Positions 25,240 through 35,708 of a stretch of 64,000 nt of DNA are shown here, piece after piece (positions within the stretch are counted from its first letter, which is position 1; each line of letters begins with the position of its first letter). This DNA is from Candidatus Rehaiarchaeum fermentans (GTDB taxonomy: Archaea; Nanobdellota; Nanobdellia; Parvarchaeales; Parvarchaeaceae). The notes beneath the pieces are model-generated. The model had not been told where the DNA came from, searched no databases, and saw only the letters and a program-made list of their open reading frames with translations. Both the position numbers and the translations under genes were made by a program. The DNA lies in assembly GCA_025920435.1 (NCBI GenBank), contig JAPDLT010000002.1, forward strand, positions 199-64,198, written 5' to 3'.

Positions 25240-26666
25240 TAAAAGGATTTAGCAAAAAGTGCTGTAACTCTTGCTTTGTTCCCACAGAAAACACAAACCT
25301 TTTCTTCGGGAGAATCATCAAGTATAACTCTCGAAGTAGCACCTGTTAAATCTTTTATATGTTTTTCGCACTCCATCTCATTACACCATGAAACTATAAT
25401 AGGTTTATTTAATTTCAGCAAATCTATTGCTAAGTTAGAGTCTTTTACTTTTTGAACTAATTTATTAATTTTAGCTTGAGCTTTCTCGTACATTTCAGTT
25501 TGTGTTTTTTCTATAAGTTCTTGTAGAAACTCCTTTGAAAGTTCATCTACTTTTATGTTAAATATTTTACCATCAAATCTTCTCTTTATAGATATTTCTC
25601 TAGATAAAACTTCTTTTTCACCAACAGATATTCTGAAAGGAATTCCTTTTAATTCATATTCATTATATTTCCATCCAGGTGTTTTTTCTAAAGAATCATC
25701 TAACTTACATGAAAATCCAAAAGACTTTATTTTTTCAAATATCAATTTACTTAATTCTAGAGATTTTAATGACTTATCTTCTTCTGAGTAAATTATAGGT
25801 ATTATTACAAATTGAATTGGTGCTATTTTAGGAGGTAAAATTAGTCCATTATTATCTGAATGAATTATTATCATTGCACCAAGTAATCTAGTAGAAGTGC
25901 CCCATGAAGTTTGATAGACATACTCCCACTGATTATTTTCATTAAGGAATTTAATATCAAAGGCCTTGGAAAAGTTTTGACCTAAATAATGAGAAGTTGC
26001 TATTTGAGCTGCATATCCATTATCAAAAATAGTTTCTAATGTATAACTAGTTACGGCTCCAGCAAATTTTTCTGATTCACTTTTCCTTCCAGCGAAGAAA
26101 GGAATTGCTAGAAGATCTTTTATAATTTTCGAATAAATTTCTAACATTTTTCTAGCATCTTTATCAGCCTCTTCCGCAGTCTTAAATGCAGAATGACCTT
26201 CTTGCCACAGATTCTCCCTTTGCCTTAGTAGAAACCTAGTTTCCTTCGTTTCCCATCTAACCATATTATTCCACTGATTCAGTTTTAAAGGTAAATCTTT
26301 GTAGCTATGTATCCATTTTGAATAAGAATAATACATAATAGTTTCAGAAGTAGGTCTTACAGCATATCTTTCTTCTAATTTTTTATCTCCGGCCCTTTCC
26401 ACCCACGCTACTTCTGGAGTAAAACCTTCTATATGCTCAACCTCTTTCTTAAGAAGTGATTCTGGAATTAGAATAGGAAAATATGCATCTTGAACACCTT
26501 CTTTTCTAATTTCAGCTTCAAGACTGCTTTTATATTTCTCCCACATATCATAAAGATAAGGTTTGTATATGTAGAATCCTTTTATTGCAGAATAATCCAT
26601 TAAATCAGCTTGCTGAACTAATTCTATATACCACGCAGAAAGATCTTTTTCTTTATTAGGAATCAT
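25239..26666 (-). CDS. proS: prolyl-tRNA synthetase (archaeal/eukaryal type, no INS editing domain)
   Basis: 475 aa. Class II motifs are present (YAVRPTSET, RWE..TRFLLRQRE, QIATSHYLGQNFS) with a C-terminal Zn-binding domain ending CVFCG. Confidence 0.95.
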   Translation of the reverse strand: MIPNKEKDLSAWYIELVQQADLMDYSAIKGFYIYKPYLYDMWEKYKSSLEAEIRKEGVQDAYFPILIPESLLKKEVEHIEGFTPEVAWVERAGDKKLEERYAVRPTSETIMYYSYSKWIHSYKDLPLKLNQWNNMVRWETKETRFLLRQRENLWQEGHSAFKTAEEADKDARKMLEIYSKIIKDLLAIPFFAGRKSESEKFAGAVTSYTLETIFDNGYAAQIATSHYLGQNFSKAFDIKFLNENNQWEYVYQTSWGTSTRLLGAMIIIHSDNNGLILPPKIAPIQFVIIPIIYSEEDKSLKSLELSKLIFEKIKSFGFSCKLDDSLEKTPGWKYNEYELKGIPFRISVGEKEVLSREISIKRRFDGKIFNIKVDELSKEFLQELIEKTQTEMYEKAQAKINKLVQKVKDSNLAIDLLKLNKPIIVSWCNEMECEKHIKDLTGATSRVILDDSPEEKVCVFCGNKARVTALFAKSF

Positions 26667-26715
26667 ATTAAATTTTAAAACTTTAAAATTAAAAATCTAG
26701 TATACGAGTGAATAT

Positions 26716-29394
26716 ATGGATATAAAGGAAATTGACAAAAAATGGATAAAAGAATTCGAAAAAATAAGTCAACCTACTATAGATAGAAAAAAAGAAAAAT
26801 ACTTTATAACAGTACCGATACCTTATCCTGATGGGCCTCTACACTTAGGCCATGCTTATACATGGGGCAGAGCAGACATAAGAGCTAGATTTAAGAGAAT
26901 GCAAGGTTACAATGTTTTATTTCCACAAGGATTTCACCTTACCGGAGGACCACTTGTTGGAATGTCCATTGCAATAAAAAATAAGGATGAAAAGCTTCTT
27001 CACGTTTTTAAAGATATTTACAAAGTAGATGATAAAAAATTGAATGAATTCGAAGATCCTCAAAAATTAGGCTTCTATTTTGCAGATGAAATAAAAAAAG
27101 AATTCGAATATGCAAGCTATACTATAGATTGGAGAAAAGAATTTAGAACAACTGATATAAGATTTCAAAAATTTGTTGAATGGCAATTCAAAAAACTAAA
27201 GGAGAAAGGATTAGTTTACAAAGGTACTCATCCAGTGATCTGGTGTCCTAGAGAAGGAACAGCATTAGGAGATCATGATAGATCAGAAGGAGAAGGAGAA
27301 AGCCCGGTAGAATTTACTATAATTAAGTTTTATTTAGATAAGCTTGTATTACCAATATCTACATTAAGACCAGAAACAATCTTTGGTTGTACAAATCTTT
27401 GGGTCAATCCTAAATTACATTATAAAAAATTAAAGGTCAATGGTGAATATTGGATAGTTGCGGAAGAAAGCGTAATAAAGCTTAAAAATCAATTAAAAAA
27501 GATAGAAGAAGAGGAAGATTTTGACATAAATACAATATTAAACAAAATGGCAAAAGATAATATTAATAATAAAGAAATACCGATCTATGCAGCAGATTTT
27601 GTAACCTCAAAGGGGACAGGAATAGTAATGAGTGTTCCAGCTCACGCGCCTTTTGATTACTTTTACTTAAAAAAGATAGATCCTAATGCAAACATTATAA
27701 AAGTTATAGAAGTAGAAGGAGAAGATGATTTAGTGCAAAAAAGTTTACAATTATTTGGAACAAGTCAAAAAGGATTAGAAGAAGCCACAAAATATGTTTA
27801 TAGAATAGAAGATGAAAAGGGAATAATTATCTCTCCAAGATTGAAAGGAATGAGTGTTAAAGAAGCAAGACAAAAGGTAATAGAAATATTAAAAGAAAAA
27901 GGAGTTTATGATAAAATATACGATACAATAAATCCAGTAGTTTGTAGATGTAAGGCGCAAGGAATTGTAAAAATAGTAGAGGATCAATGGTTTATAAAAT
28001 ATTCAGATGAAGACTGGAAAAGAAAATGCTTAGAACTTTTAAATGGAATGAAAATATATCCAGAAGAAGCAAAAAATTTATTGATAGCTTCAATTTTATC
28101 ATTAGAAGATAAAGCTTGTACGAGAAGCGGGAAAAAGGAGTTAGGAACAAAATTCCCTTGGGACAAGACACAAGTAATAGAACCTTTAAGTGATTCTACA
28201 ATCTACATGGCTTATTACACTATAGCAGATATAATAAAGGAAGTCCCTGAAGAAAAGATAAATGATGATTTATTTGATTTCGTCTTTTTGGAAAAGGAGG
28301 TAGAGCTAGATAAAGAAATTAAAGAAGTTGCTCTAAAGATGAGAGAAGCCTTTAATTATTGGTATCCAGTGGATGTAAGAATCTCAGCAAAAGAGCTAAT
28401 ACCTAATCATTTAACCTTCTTTTTAATGAATCATGCAATAATGTTTCCTCCAAATAAATGGCCACGAGCAATAGAAGCGCATGGATGGTTAACAATAAAT
28501 GAAATAAAAATGTCAAAATCGAAAGGTAATGGAATATTGATAGATGAATTTGTAAAAGAAAATGGTATTGATAAATTACGAGTAATAGCTTGCCTAGGTA
28601 ATGGTATAGATGATGAAGAATTTTCTTTAAAAGAATTAAAAGCATTCGATCAAAAAATCGATTTACTCGCAAGCATTATTGAAATGATGAATGCATTTGA
28701 TGATTCAAAGATTAAAGTATTGGATGATTATCTAAAATCTCTAAAAAATCAATTAATAATAAAAGTAACAGACAGCTTGGAAAACTTTAGATACAGAAAT
28801 GCATTATATTTAGCCTTTTATCAAGGAATAGAAAACTTAAGAACTTATATAGAAATGGGCGGCAAAAATAAAGAAGTTATATCAGATTATATATTCACTT
28901 TAATCAAATTGATTCATCCAATATTTCCTTCAATAACGGAAGATTTTGCCAAGGTTTTTGATAATAGATTGTTAGAAAGTTATAAATCCTGGCCTGAACC
29001 TAACATAAAGGAAATAAACAAAGAAGTGGAAAATGAATTTCAAGTATTTCAAAAAACTATTGAAGACATAAAAAAACTAATCGAAAGATTTAGAAAAGAA
29101 CCGAAAAAGATAGAAATAAGCATTGCTAAAAAAGAAGATTTTGAAATAGTTAATAAGATAGTAGAGTTAAGAGATAAAGAAATTAGTTTAAAAGAAATTG
29201 AAAAGATAGAAGGGGCTAAAAAATACTTGAAAAACATAAATGAATTAAGAAATTATGATTACGAATTGGAGAAAGAAGTATTTAACGAACTTAAAGAGTA
29301 TTTAGCCAAAATTTTCAATGCATCAGTAGAGATAAAAGAAAGTAATGAAAAAGCAATGCCTGGAAGGCCTGGCCTTAACATAATTTGGAAATAA
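26716..29394 (+). CDS. leuS: leucyl-tRNA synthetase
   Basis: 892 aa. HIGH-type HLGHAYTW, a CP1 editing region and KMSKSKGN are present. Confidence 0.95.
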   Translation: MDIKEIDKKWIKEFEKISQPTIDRKKEKYFITVPIPYPDGPLHLGHAYTWGRADIRARFKRMQGYNVLFPQGFHLTGGPLVGMSIAIKNKDEKLLHVFKDIYKVDDKKLNEFEDPQKLGFYFADEIKKEFEYASYTIDWRKEFRTTDIRFQKFVEWQFKKLKEKGLVYKGTHPVIWCPREGTALGDHDRSEGEGESPVEFTIIKFYLDKLVLPISTLRPETIFGCTNLWVNPKLHYKKLKVNGEYWIVAEESVIKLKNQLKKIEEEEDFDINTILNKMAKDNINNKEIPIYAADFVTSKGTGIVMSVPAHAPFDYFYLKKIDPNANIIKVIEVEGEDDLVQKSLQLFGTSQKGLEEATKYVYRIEDEKGIIISPRLKGMSVKEARQKVIEILKEKGVYDKIYDTINPVVCRCKAQGIVKIVEDQWFIKYSDEDWKRKCLELLNGMKIYPEEAKNLLIASILSLEDKACTRSGKKELGTKFPWDKTQVIEPLSDSTIYMAYYTIADIIKEVPEEKINDDLFDFVFLEKEVELDKEIKEVALKMREAFNYWYPVDVRISAKELIPNHLTFFLMNHAIMFPPNKWPRAIEAHGWLTINEIKMSKSKGNGILIDEFVKENGIDKLRVIACLGNGIDDEEFSLKELKAFDQKIDLLASIIEMMNAFDDSKIKVLDDYLKSLKNQLIIKVTDSLENFRYRNALYLAFYQGIENLRTYIEMGGKNKEVISDYIFTLIKLIHPIFPSITEDFAKVFDNRLLESYKSWPEPNIKEINKEVENEFQVFQKTIEDIKKLIERFRKEPKKIEISIAKKEDFEIVNKIVELRDKEISLKEIEKIEGAKKYLKNINELRNYDYELEKEVFNELKEYLAKIFNASVEIKESNEKAMPGRPGLNIIWK

Positions 29395-29395
29395 A

Positions 29396-30178
29396 ATGCA
29401 AATTATTGAGCAAATACCTCGAGGCTTCAAAAGAATAGGAACTGCAATTATTATAGAATCTAACAGGGACTACGGAAAATACGACAAGGAAATAGGAGCG
29501 GAAATTCTTCGAAAAACAAAAGCGGAAAGTGTTTTCCTAAAAATAGAAAAAATAAAAGGAAGAGAACGTGTTCCTAAACTAAAATTAATAGCAGGGAAAA
29601 ATAAATCAGTCTTTCTAACTAAAGAAAATGGCTGCTTATTCTATGTAAATTTAAGAAGATGCTTCTTTGATCCTTCTATGCAAAATGAAAGAAAAAGAAT
29701 ATATGAGCTAGTAAAAAGCGGTGAAAAAATAATAGATATGTTTAGCGGAGTAGGCCCATTTTCTATATTATTAGCTAAAAAAGCAAAAATAGTATATGCA
29801 ATTGAAATAAACCACTATGCTTATTCATTGCTAAAGAGAAATATTGAATTAAACAAAGTAAAAAACGTAATACCTTTGCTTGGAGACGCAAAAGAGATGA
29901 TTAATAAAATAGAAGGGGACTATGATAGAATAATAATGAATTTACCTTCGGAAGCCGAAAAATTTTTATCATTTGCTATAAATAAAGTAAATAAAGGAGT
30001 CATTCACTTATATAAATTTGTTAGATATTACGATTCAGATTTAAATTCAGAAGCAAGAAAAATATCAAACCTTTTAAAAGATGAATATAAAGTAATAAAA
30101 AACATAGATTTTACAAAGTGTGGAGATGTTTCTCCTTATACATCAAGAGTTTGTTTTGATATTTATCTAGAAAAGTAA
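29396..30178 (+). CDS. trm5: tRNA (m1G37) methyltransferase Trm5/Taw22 family (Met-10+ like)
   Basis: 260 aa. IIDMFSGVGPFSILLAKKAKIVYAIEINHYAY..NKV..GDA..IIMNLP are Trm5 class I MTase motifs. Confidence 0.8.
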   Translation: MQIIEQIPRGFKRIGTAIIIESNRDYGKYDKEIGAEILRKTKAESVFLKIEKIKGRERVPKLKLIAGKNKSVFLTKENGCLFYVNLRRCFFDPSMQNERKRIYELVKSGEKIIDMFSGVGPFSILLAKKAKIVYAIEINHYAYSLLKRNIELNKVKNVIPLLGDAKEMINKIEGDYDRIIMNLPSEAEKFLSFAINKVNKGVIHLYKFVRYYDSDLNSEARKISNLLKDEYKVIKNIDFTKCGDVSPYTSRVCFDIYLEK

Positions 30179-31095
30179 ATATTATAATTTATTTTATAGG
30201 TTAATTTGGGTTTATCTACCGGATGAATATAAGAAATCATATTAATAAGTTGATTAATATATTTCAAAAGATGCCAGTTTCCTTCTTTAACTCGAGTTAA
30301 CAACATATCTACATAACTTAAGGAATCCAAAGCTAATATGAGTGCTTTTGATTTCATATTCAAAGGCAATTCTTCATTTAACCAAATAATAAAATTATGT
30401 GCTTCGTCTGCGGTTAAAAAATATCCTAATTCTTTGCCTTCTAATAAAGATCTGATTGAATCAAATAAGTTATCTTCTGAATTTCTACTTTCAAATTTAT
30501 ATGAATGAGTTATTAAAAAGGAATTAAAATCATTTATAAGACTGTGCGCATTACCGTGTGCATTCAAAATTATTTTTTCTTCAATCTCTTCAGGAATTTC
30601 AACCCTATTGAGCTTCTCTAAATTATTTAATATTTTCCGAAGTTCATAAAAAGTAAGCTTAAAAAAGCGAATTACTTCAATGCCTTCTATATATCTTTTA
30701 TTTTTAGAAAAGAACACAAAATCGGAATTTGTTTCGAAAAATACTATGCCTTCAAATGTGGCAACTTTCTGAAAAATTATAGGATCTACAGCAAAAAGCT
30801 TTTCTGCGTTAGTTATATGAAGCAAATTTCTTTTTCCATCTAAACTCTTTGAAGAAATAATCCTTTTGAATTTATCTAATATTTCCTCTCTATTTTCCTC
30901 TTCTATAAAATAAGCATCCAAACTTATGAAATTAAGGTTAAATTTATTAGCTATCGCTCTTGCTAGGAACGTCTTACCTACTCCATTAGGTCCTACCAGA
31001 ATAGCCTTAAAATTATCATTGAATTTAGATAAGACTTCATCTAAAACTTTCTTATTTACAAAAAATTCTAAAGAATAGGGTATCTTAATTACCAT
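30163..31095 (-). CDS. rfcL: replication factor C large subunit, minimal and catalytically degenerate
   Basis: 310 aa, versus about 450-500 in typical archaeal RFC-L. Walker A GPNGVGKT is intact. The expected Walker B hhhDE reads LLHITNAE, and the GDxR-type sensor reads [11 protein letters not shown]. It lies downstream of rfcS with a 7-nt overlap. Confidence 0.6.
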   Translation of the reverse strand: MVIKIPYSLEFFVNKKVLDEVLSKFNDNFKAILVGPNGVGKTFLARAIANKFNLNFISLDAYFIEEENREEILDKFKRIISSKSLDGKRNLLHITNAEKLFAVDPIIFQKVATFEGIVFFETNSDFVFFSKNKRYIEGIEVIRFFKLTFYELRKILNNLEKLNRVEIPEEIEEKIILNAHGNAHSLINDFNSFLITHSYKFESRNSEDNLFDSIRSLLEGKELGYFLTADEAHNFIIWLNEELPLNMKSKALILALDSLSYVDMLLTRVKEGNWHLLKYINQLINMISYIHPVDKPKLTYKINYNIYFSR

Positions 31096-32027
31096 TCTGT
31101 AATCTTTGCTAGAATAGCATTTAATTGTATTAATGGAGTGGCCCCAACTATAATTCTGTAGTCTGCTTCAGCAATTAGCTCAATTATTTTTATTTTTTTC
31201 TCAACAGCAATATCTGAATTTATTACATAATTATACATTGCATTAATAATTTCAGAAGGAGAAACTCCTTGAGAAATTATATCATCTAATTCTTTCTTAG
31301 AACTTAAGTAATCTCCTGATAAAGCACTCTTGAATATTTTATCAATCTTATCTAAATTTATCTTGCTAAGACTCTTATACACTAATTCAGCAGTTATTTT
31401 TTTAGATACAGACGCTATCGATTGCATTAGATTTATTAATCTTCTCAAATCCCCCATTGTAGAATTAAAAAGTGCTTCTTTTGCTTCCTCATCTATTTCT
31501 AAGTTTTCTGAATTAGAAATTTTATCTATAAGTGAAAAAACTGCACTTTTATCTAGAGATTTAAATCTTATTATAACACACCTTGATTGTATAGCTTCTA
31601 TAATGTTTGACTGATAATTAACGCTAAATATAAATCTACAATTTTCACCATAGTCTTCCATCATTCTCCTAAGAGCTTGTTGTGCCTCAGTCGTTAATGA
31701 ATCTGCCTCATCTAAAAATATAATTTTAAAGCTTGAGTTCAGGGGCTTAGATCTGGAAAACTCCTTTACTTTTGTTTGAATAGTTATTAATTTTCTATCA
31801 TCTGATGCGTTGAGTTGCATAAAATTATCCTGCCAATTTTCTCCTAACGATTCTTTTGCCAGGATTAAAGCACAAGTAGTTTTGCCAACACCTGGAGGTC
31901 CAGAAAAAAGCAAATGCTGAACCGTTTTAGTTTCAGCCATTGCCTTTAGTTTGCGCACTGCCTCTTCCTGTCCCACAACATCATCAAATGATTTAGGCCT
32001 ATACTTATCAACCCATAAAGTATCCAT
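31089..32027 (-). CDS. rfcS: replication factor C small subunit
   Basis: [40 protein letters not shown] and the SRC motif (QSRCVIIRF) are present. I prefer ATG 32027 to the track TTG at 32042. Confidence 0.9.
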   Translation of the reverse strand: MDTLWVDKYRPKSFDDVVGQEEAVRKLKAMAETKTVQHLLFSGPPGVGKTTCALILAKESLGENWQDNFMQLNASDDRKLITIQTKVKEFSRSKPLNSSFKIIFLDEADSLTTEAQQALRRMMEDYGENCRFIFSVNYQSNIIEAIQSRCVIIRFKSLDKSAVFSLIDKISNSENLEIDEEAKEALFNSTMGDLRRLINLMQSIASVSKKITAELVYKSLSKINLDKIDKIFKSALSGDYLSSKKELDDIISQGVSPSEIINAMYNYVINSDIAVEKKIKIIELIAEADYRIIVGATPLIQLNAILAKITEW

Positions 32028-32028
32028 C

Positions 32029-32721
32029 TTACATTTCTGCAAACACTTCAGCGTTAGGATAAACTATTATTCCTTTATTTTCTACGAATTCGTAAGGGCA
32101 TAGTTTATTAAGGAATTTAGTACCTCTCATTTTAACTATTTTTATAGACCTTATAAAAGTATCTTGCTTTTGTATAGTATTTAAAACTATTACTCCATCG
32201 CTTGCAAATTCTTCTACTCCTGTATCAGAAAGAGAATTAAAGCCGTATGGTATTTCTCCAATTAAAATTGAAGTCACAGATTTTTTCTTAAACAAATTAA
32301 TTAAATCTATTATAGCTCTTCTATAACTAAAAGAGTCAGGAAAGAATATCCTTAAATAAGAGACTGAATCAAGAACGAGACGTTTTATGTTAGATGCATC
32401 AATTTCGCTTTCTATTTCTTCCTTTAAGTTTTCTATGCTTGAAAGAGGTAAACTAACTACTTTTATTTTACCTGTACTTATTAATTGATTAATTTCTGAG
32501 TCAAATACAGAAAAATCCTGGACTATTTGCTCAGGCGGTTCTTCGAATGAAATATAAATTCCAGCCTCCCCTTCCTTACTTCCTTCAGTTAAAAACTGCA
32601 TAGAGAGCGTAGTTTTACCGCTTCCAGCTGTTCCTGTTAAAAAGACAGAATATCCTTTAGGAAAACCACCATAAAGCATTTCGTCAAGTCCTTCTACTCC
32701 AGTCTTACTTTTTTCAATCAT
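32029..32721 (-). CDS. KaiC-like single-domain RecA-superfamily ATPase
   Basis: 230 aa. [54 protein letters not shown] and IVKMRGTKF are KaiC/RadA-type motifs. Its stop lies 1 nt before the rfcS ATG. Confidence 0.8.
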   Translation of the reverse strand: MIEKSKTGVEGLDEMLYGGFPKGYSVFLTGTAGSGKTTLSMQFLTEGSKEGEAGIYISFEEPPEQIVQDFSVFDSEINQLISTGKIKVVSLPLSSIENLKEEIESEIDASNIKRLVLDSVSYLRIFFPDSFSYRRAIIDLINLFKKKSVTSILIGEIPYGFNSLSDTGVEEFASDGVIVLNTIQKQDTFIRSIKIVKMRGTKFLNKLCPYEFVENKGIIVYPNAEVFAEM

Positions 32722-33206
32722 ACGCTAACAATAGGATCTCCAAAGAAAGGATATTTTAGTTTAACAAGACCTTGTGAGTTTAATATCTCTGCCCACTTCT
32801 CAACTACTTCCTTAGGAACACCAAGTTCTTTAGAGGCTTCAGTTATCTTGATGCTTTTTCTTTTTAATACCAATTGAAGAAATGCCTCAGGAGAACCTTT
32901 TTGAGTAACATTCGAAAAGTCTTCCTCCTTAATCTTAATATCCTCCTTTTCTACCTTATTCTTTGAAAAGAACGGAAAAACGGGATTGTTTGGTTTTTTC
33001 TCGATAGATTTAGGAGGAAAGCTTACTTCTTCTGTTTTCATATTAATTGAAGGAGTATCTTGTTCATTTTCTTTAATTATTTGCTCATTATTTTTTTTAA
33101 TTTGCCTGCCCGTTATAGAGGTTATTATAGTAGACATAGTAGATAAATCATATGCTATATTAGAGGCATCTCTCAAAACCTTCTGAACATTTTCTAATTC
33201 TTCCAT
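32718..33206 (-). CDS. hypothetical protein with C-terminal wHTH-like segment, coupled to the KaiC-like gene
   Basis: 162 aa. The C-terminus ITEASKELGVPKEVVEKWAEILNSQGLVKLKY looks like an HTH. 4-nt overlap with the downstream gene. Confidence 0.45.
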   Translation of the reverse strand: MEELENVQKVLRDASNIAYDLSTMSTIITSITGRQIKKNNEQIIKENEQDTPSINMKTEEVSFPPKSIEKKPNNPVFPFFSKNKVEKEDIKIKEEDFSNVTQKGSPEAFLQLVLKRKSIKITEASKELGVPKEVVEKWAEILNSQGLVKLKYPFFGDPIVSV

Positions 33207-33368
33207 ATTTTTATTAAGTTTGATAAATATTAAATAATGAAAATGTGCAATATTGTTGCGCTTTTATTTGCGTTCTTAGGTATAATTTGTTTGGTCTTAA
33301 TCTTGCTATTAAGTAATAACATATTTTTAATCAAATACCTATTGATTTCTTCTTCAATACTTTTCTTT

Positions 33369-33647
33369 TTATTCTTTATTTTTGTAGCAAAGCAAGGATT
33401 CTCTAAGCCTTAGATTAACTGCTATTATGTGAGAACAAATTCTACCATGTATAGAATAATATTTGCAATCACAAGACCACCCTTTATTTTCTATATATAT
33501 AACGCTGTGATAAGTGTTATCTCCTTTTACGATAAAAGATATATTTCTTAAGGATATACTTTCTACTTTTACAGTATTTTTTATAGAAAGCGCTTTATTG
33601 TAAATTTTAATGTTAGATTTAAGTGATTCTGAGTCTAAAAGCTTCAT
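33369..33647 (-). CDS. SWIM zinc-finger protein
   Basis: 92 aa. WSCDCKYYSIHGRICSHIIAV fits the CxCx(n)CxH SWIM pattern. Confidence 0.65.
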   Translation of the reverse strand: MKLLDSESLKSNIKIYNKALSIKNTVKVESISLRNISFIVKGDNTYHSVIYIENKGWSCDCKYYSIHGRICSHIIAVNLRLRESLLCYKNKE

Positions 33648-33738
33648 TAAATCTAATAAAAAACAATAAAAATATTTTCAAATATTAATTGGTTTACTTC
33701 TAAAAATCATACAATTAACTAAAATTTCAAAAATCCTC

Positions 33739-33813
33739 TGCGCCCGGCAGGATTTGAACCTGCGACACGTCGCTTAGGAAGCGACTGTTCTGTCCGGGCT
33801 GAACTACGGGCGC
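33739..33813 (-). tRNA. tRNA-Arg(CCU)
   Basis: Reverse complement is GCGCCCG-TA-GTTC-AGCCCGGACA-GAAC-A-GTCGC-TTCCTAA-GCGAC-GTGTC-GCAGG-TTCAAAT-CCTGC-CGGGCGC-A. Confidence 0.9.
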
Positions 33814-33850
33814 TGCAAACAGCTTTTAAAGGTTTAGTTAATAAATTATT

Positions 33851-34519
33851 ATGACAAATAATCCTTTTATTAGTATTGTCCCCGTAAAAGGAGAAAATTT
33901 GGTAGATAGAGAAAAAGAAATAGCAGAATTAAGCGTGCTTATATATCACGCGTTGAATAAGGAAATCGGCCCAATTATAATAAAAGGGCATCCAGGAGTA
34001 GGTAAAACTTCTATAATACTCCACATAATAAGTACTTTAGATAAGCATGTAAATGTGATATATAGATATTTAGATAGTGACACATTAGAATATCTCTCTT
34101 CATTAAAACTAGAAGATAACAAAAAGTATCTTATTATAATTGATGATATAAATAACGAGGATGGATTCCCTAAAGAAAAAATTACTTCTTTTCATTATCT
34201 CATAAAAAACCTAGTAAAGAAATGCGCCATCATTTTGATAGATAATAGGAAAAAAGATATCTCCACCGAAGTAAGTTTTGAAAACCTAAAAATAATAGAA
34301 ATAAAAGGATTGTCTTATGAAGACCTTAAAAAGGTAATAATAAATAGACTAAATACAATTAGAAATAGGCCTTCAAACGACGTTTCGCCGTTCTCGGAAA
34401 AAGAAATTGAGGAAGTATATAAAAAATCAGGAGGAAACCCTAGATTTGCGTTGTTAATATTAGCAACGCTATTTGATGAGAAAACAAGTCATGAAGAAAA
34501 GATACGAAACGGTATTTGA
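33851..34519 (+). CDS. short AAA+ ATPase, Orc1/Cdc6-like core without winged-helix domain
   Basis: 222 aa. Walker A GHPGVGKTS, Walker B LIIIDDINN and a sensor-2-like GGNPRFALLILATLF are present. The protein ends right after the lid region. Confidence 0.55.
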   Translation: MTNNPFISIVPVKGENLVDREKEIAELSVLIYHALNKEIGPIIIKGHPGVGKTSIILHIISTLDKHVNVIYRYLDSDTLEYLSSLKLEDNKKYLIIIDDINNEDGFPKEKITSFHYLIKNLVKKCAIILIDNRKKDISTEVSFENLKIIEIKGLSYEDLKKVIINRLNTIRNRPSNDVSPFSEKEIEEVYKKSGGNPRFALLILATLFDEKTSHEEKIRNGI

Positions 34520-35297
34520 ATTAATTGGTGTATTTATAATACTGTTTTTACTAACTTACTTGATTACTTACGAATATAGAAAATTGGCTTTGCCTTCAAA
34601 CTTCACTTACTCAAATTCTTATGTAATTTACTATATTTTTTCTTTAGTAGGTATAATAATTTTAACATCATACATAATAAATTTTCTCTATTCCAAAAAC
34701 AAGAAGGCGAACTACATACCAAACTTGTTTTTACTTATAAGAGCAATAATTATACTTTCCTTCTTTTCAATTTTTTTAAACATTATAATTTCTTTTGCAC
34801 TAACTTTAATTTTACTCTATTACGAGAAAAAATCGATGATCTTAGCAAACTTTAATAATATAATAATAGCAGCGTATGTTGCAGCAACATTGGGAATAAT
34901 TATAGGAATAGTAGGTACAGAGTTGCTTCTGGGAATAATAGCTGTTTATGATTTTGTATCAGTTTATCTCACTGATCACATGATCAAATTAATTAAACCT
35001 TTCAAAGAAAGAATTGAATATTTAGGTATAGTTTTACAAGCAGGAAGCAAGAGAGAAGGCAAGAAAACATTCAGATTTCTGGGATTAGGAGATCTAGCCT
35101 TCTCAAATATATTAATTTCTTCAATTCTATTTTATACAAATCTTATAAGCTTGGCTTTTTTAGAAGAGATCATTGCTATATTCGCTTTGACTTTAATTTT
35201 CTTCTTTGGAAAAAAGAGGAGAGGACACCCTGCTATGGCTTACATTGCACCTCTTCAGCTCCTTATAACTAATATAATCTTATTTTTTGTAATTTAG
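34473..35297 (+). CDS. presenilin/signal-peptide-peptidase homolog (A22 intramembrane aspartyl protease)
   Basis: Polytopic protein with YD (AVYDFVSVY), GxGD (LGLGDLAF) and a PAL-like (HPAMAY) motif in the canonical order. The true start may be an internal Met (34476 or 34491). Confidence 0.7.
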   Translation: MMRKQVMKKRYETVFELIGVFIILFLLTYLITYEYRKLALPSNFTYSNSYVIYYIFSLVGIIILTSYIINFLYSKNKKANYIPNLFLLIRAIIILSFFSIFLNIIISFALTLILLYYEKKSMILANFNNIIIAAYVAATLGIIIGIVGTELLLGIIAVYDFVSVYLTDHMIKLIKPFKERIEYLGIVLQAGSKREGKKTFRFLGLGDLAFSNILISSILFYTNLISLAFLEEIIAIFALTLIFFFGKKRRGHPAMAYIAPLQLLITNIILFFVI

Positions 35298-35408
35298 GCA
35301 AATAATTAAAATATCAGTTACAAATTTTACTTTAACTTTTCATTTGATTTAATTTTTGGGTAAAATAAATTTTATCAAATAAATATTTTTAAAGGCACTT
35401 TATTAAGA

Positions 35409-35708
35409 ATGATAACGAAGGAAGAAGTACTTGAGGCATTAAAGAAATGCTACGATCCTGAAATACCTATAAACGTAGTAGATCTAGGACTTGTTTATGA
35501 CATAAAAATCGATGAAGAGAAAGTATATATACTTATGACATTAACCTCGCCTTTTTGCCCAATCATAGATATATTCATAGAAGACGTTAAAGAAAAAATA
35601 AAAGAAAGTACAAAGGCTGAAAGAGTTGACGTGGATATAACTTTTGACCCACCGTGGTCTCCGGATAAAATGAATGATGCTGCAAAGAAAGAATTAGGAT
35701 TAATCTAA
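35409..35708 (+). CDS. DUF59/MIP18-family Fe-S assembly protein
   Basis: 99 aa. VLEALKKCYDPEIPINVVDLGLVYDI is the DUF59 signature. Confidence 0.8.
   Translation: MITKEEVLEALKKCYDPEIPINVVDLGLVYDIKIDEEKVYILMTLTSPFCPIIDIFIEDVKEKIKESTKAERVDVDITFDPPWSPDKMNDAAKKELGLI

Noticed and set aside
33237-33410. 57-codon + strand ORF encoding a 2-TM peptide (MKMCNIVALLFAFLGIICLVLILLL...) in the spacer after the KaiC-linked operon
   Set aside because: There is no homology signal, it overlaps the 3' end of the SWIM gene, and hydrophobic ORFs arise easily from T-rich sequence. I left it uncalled.
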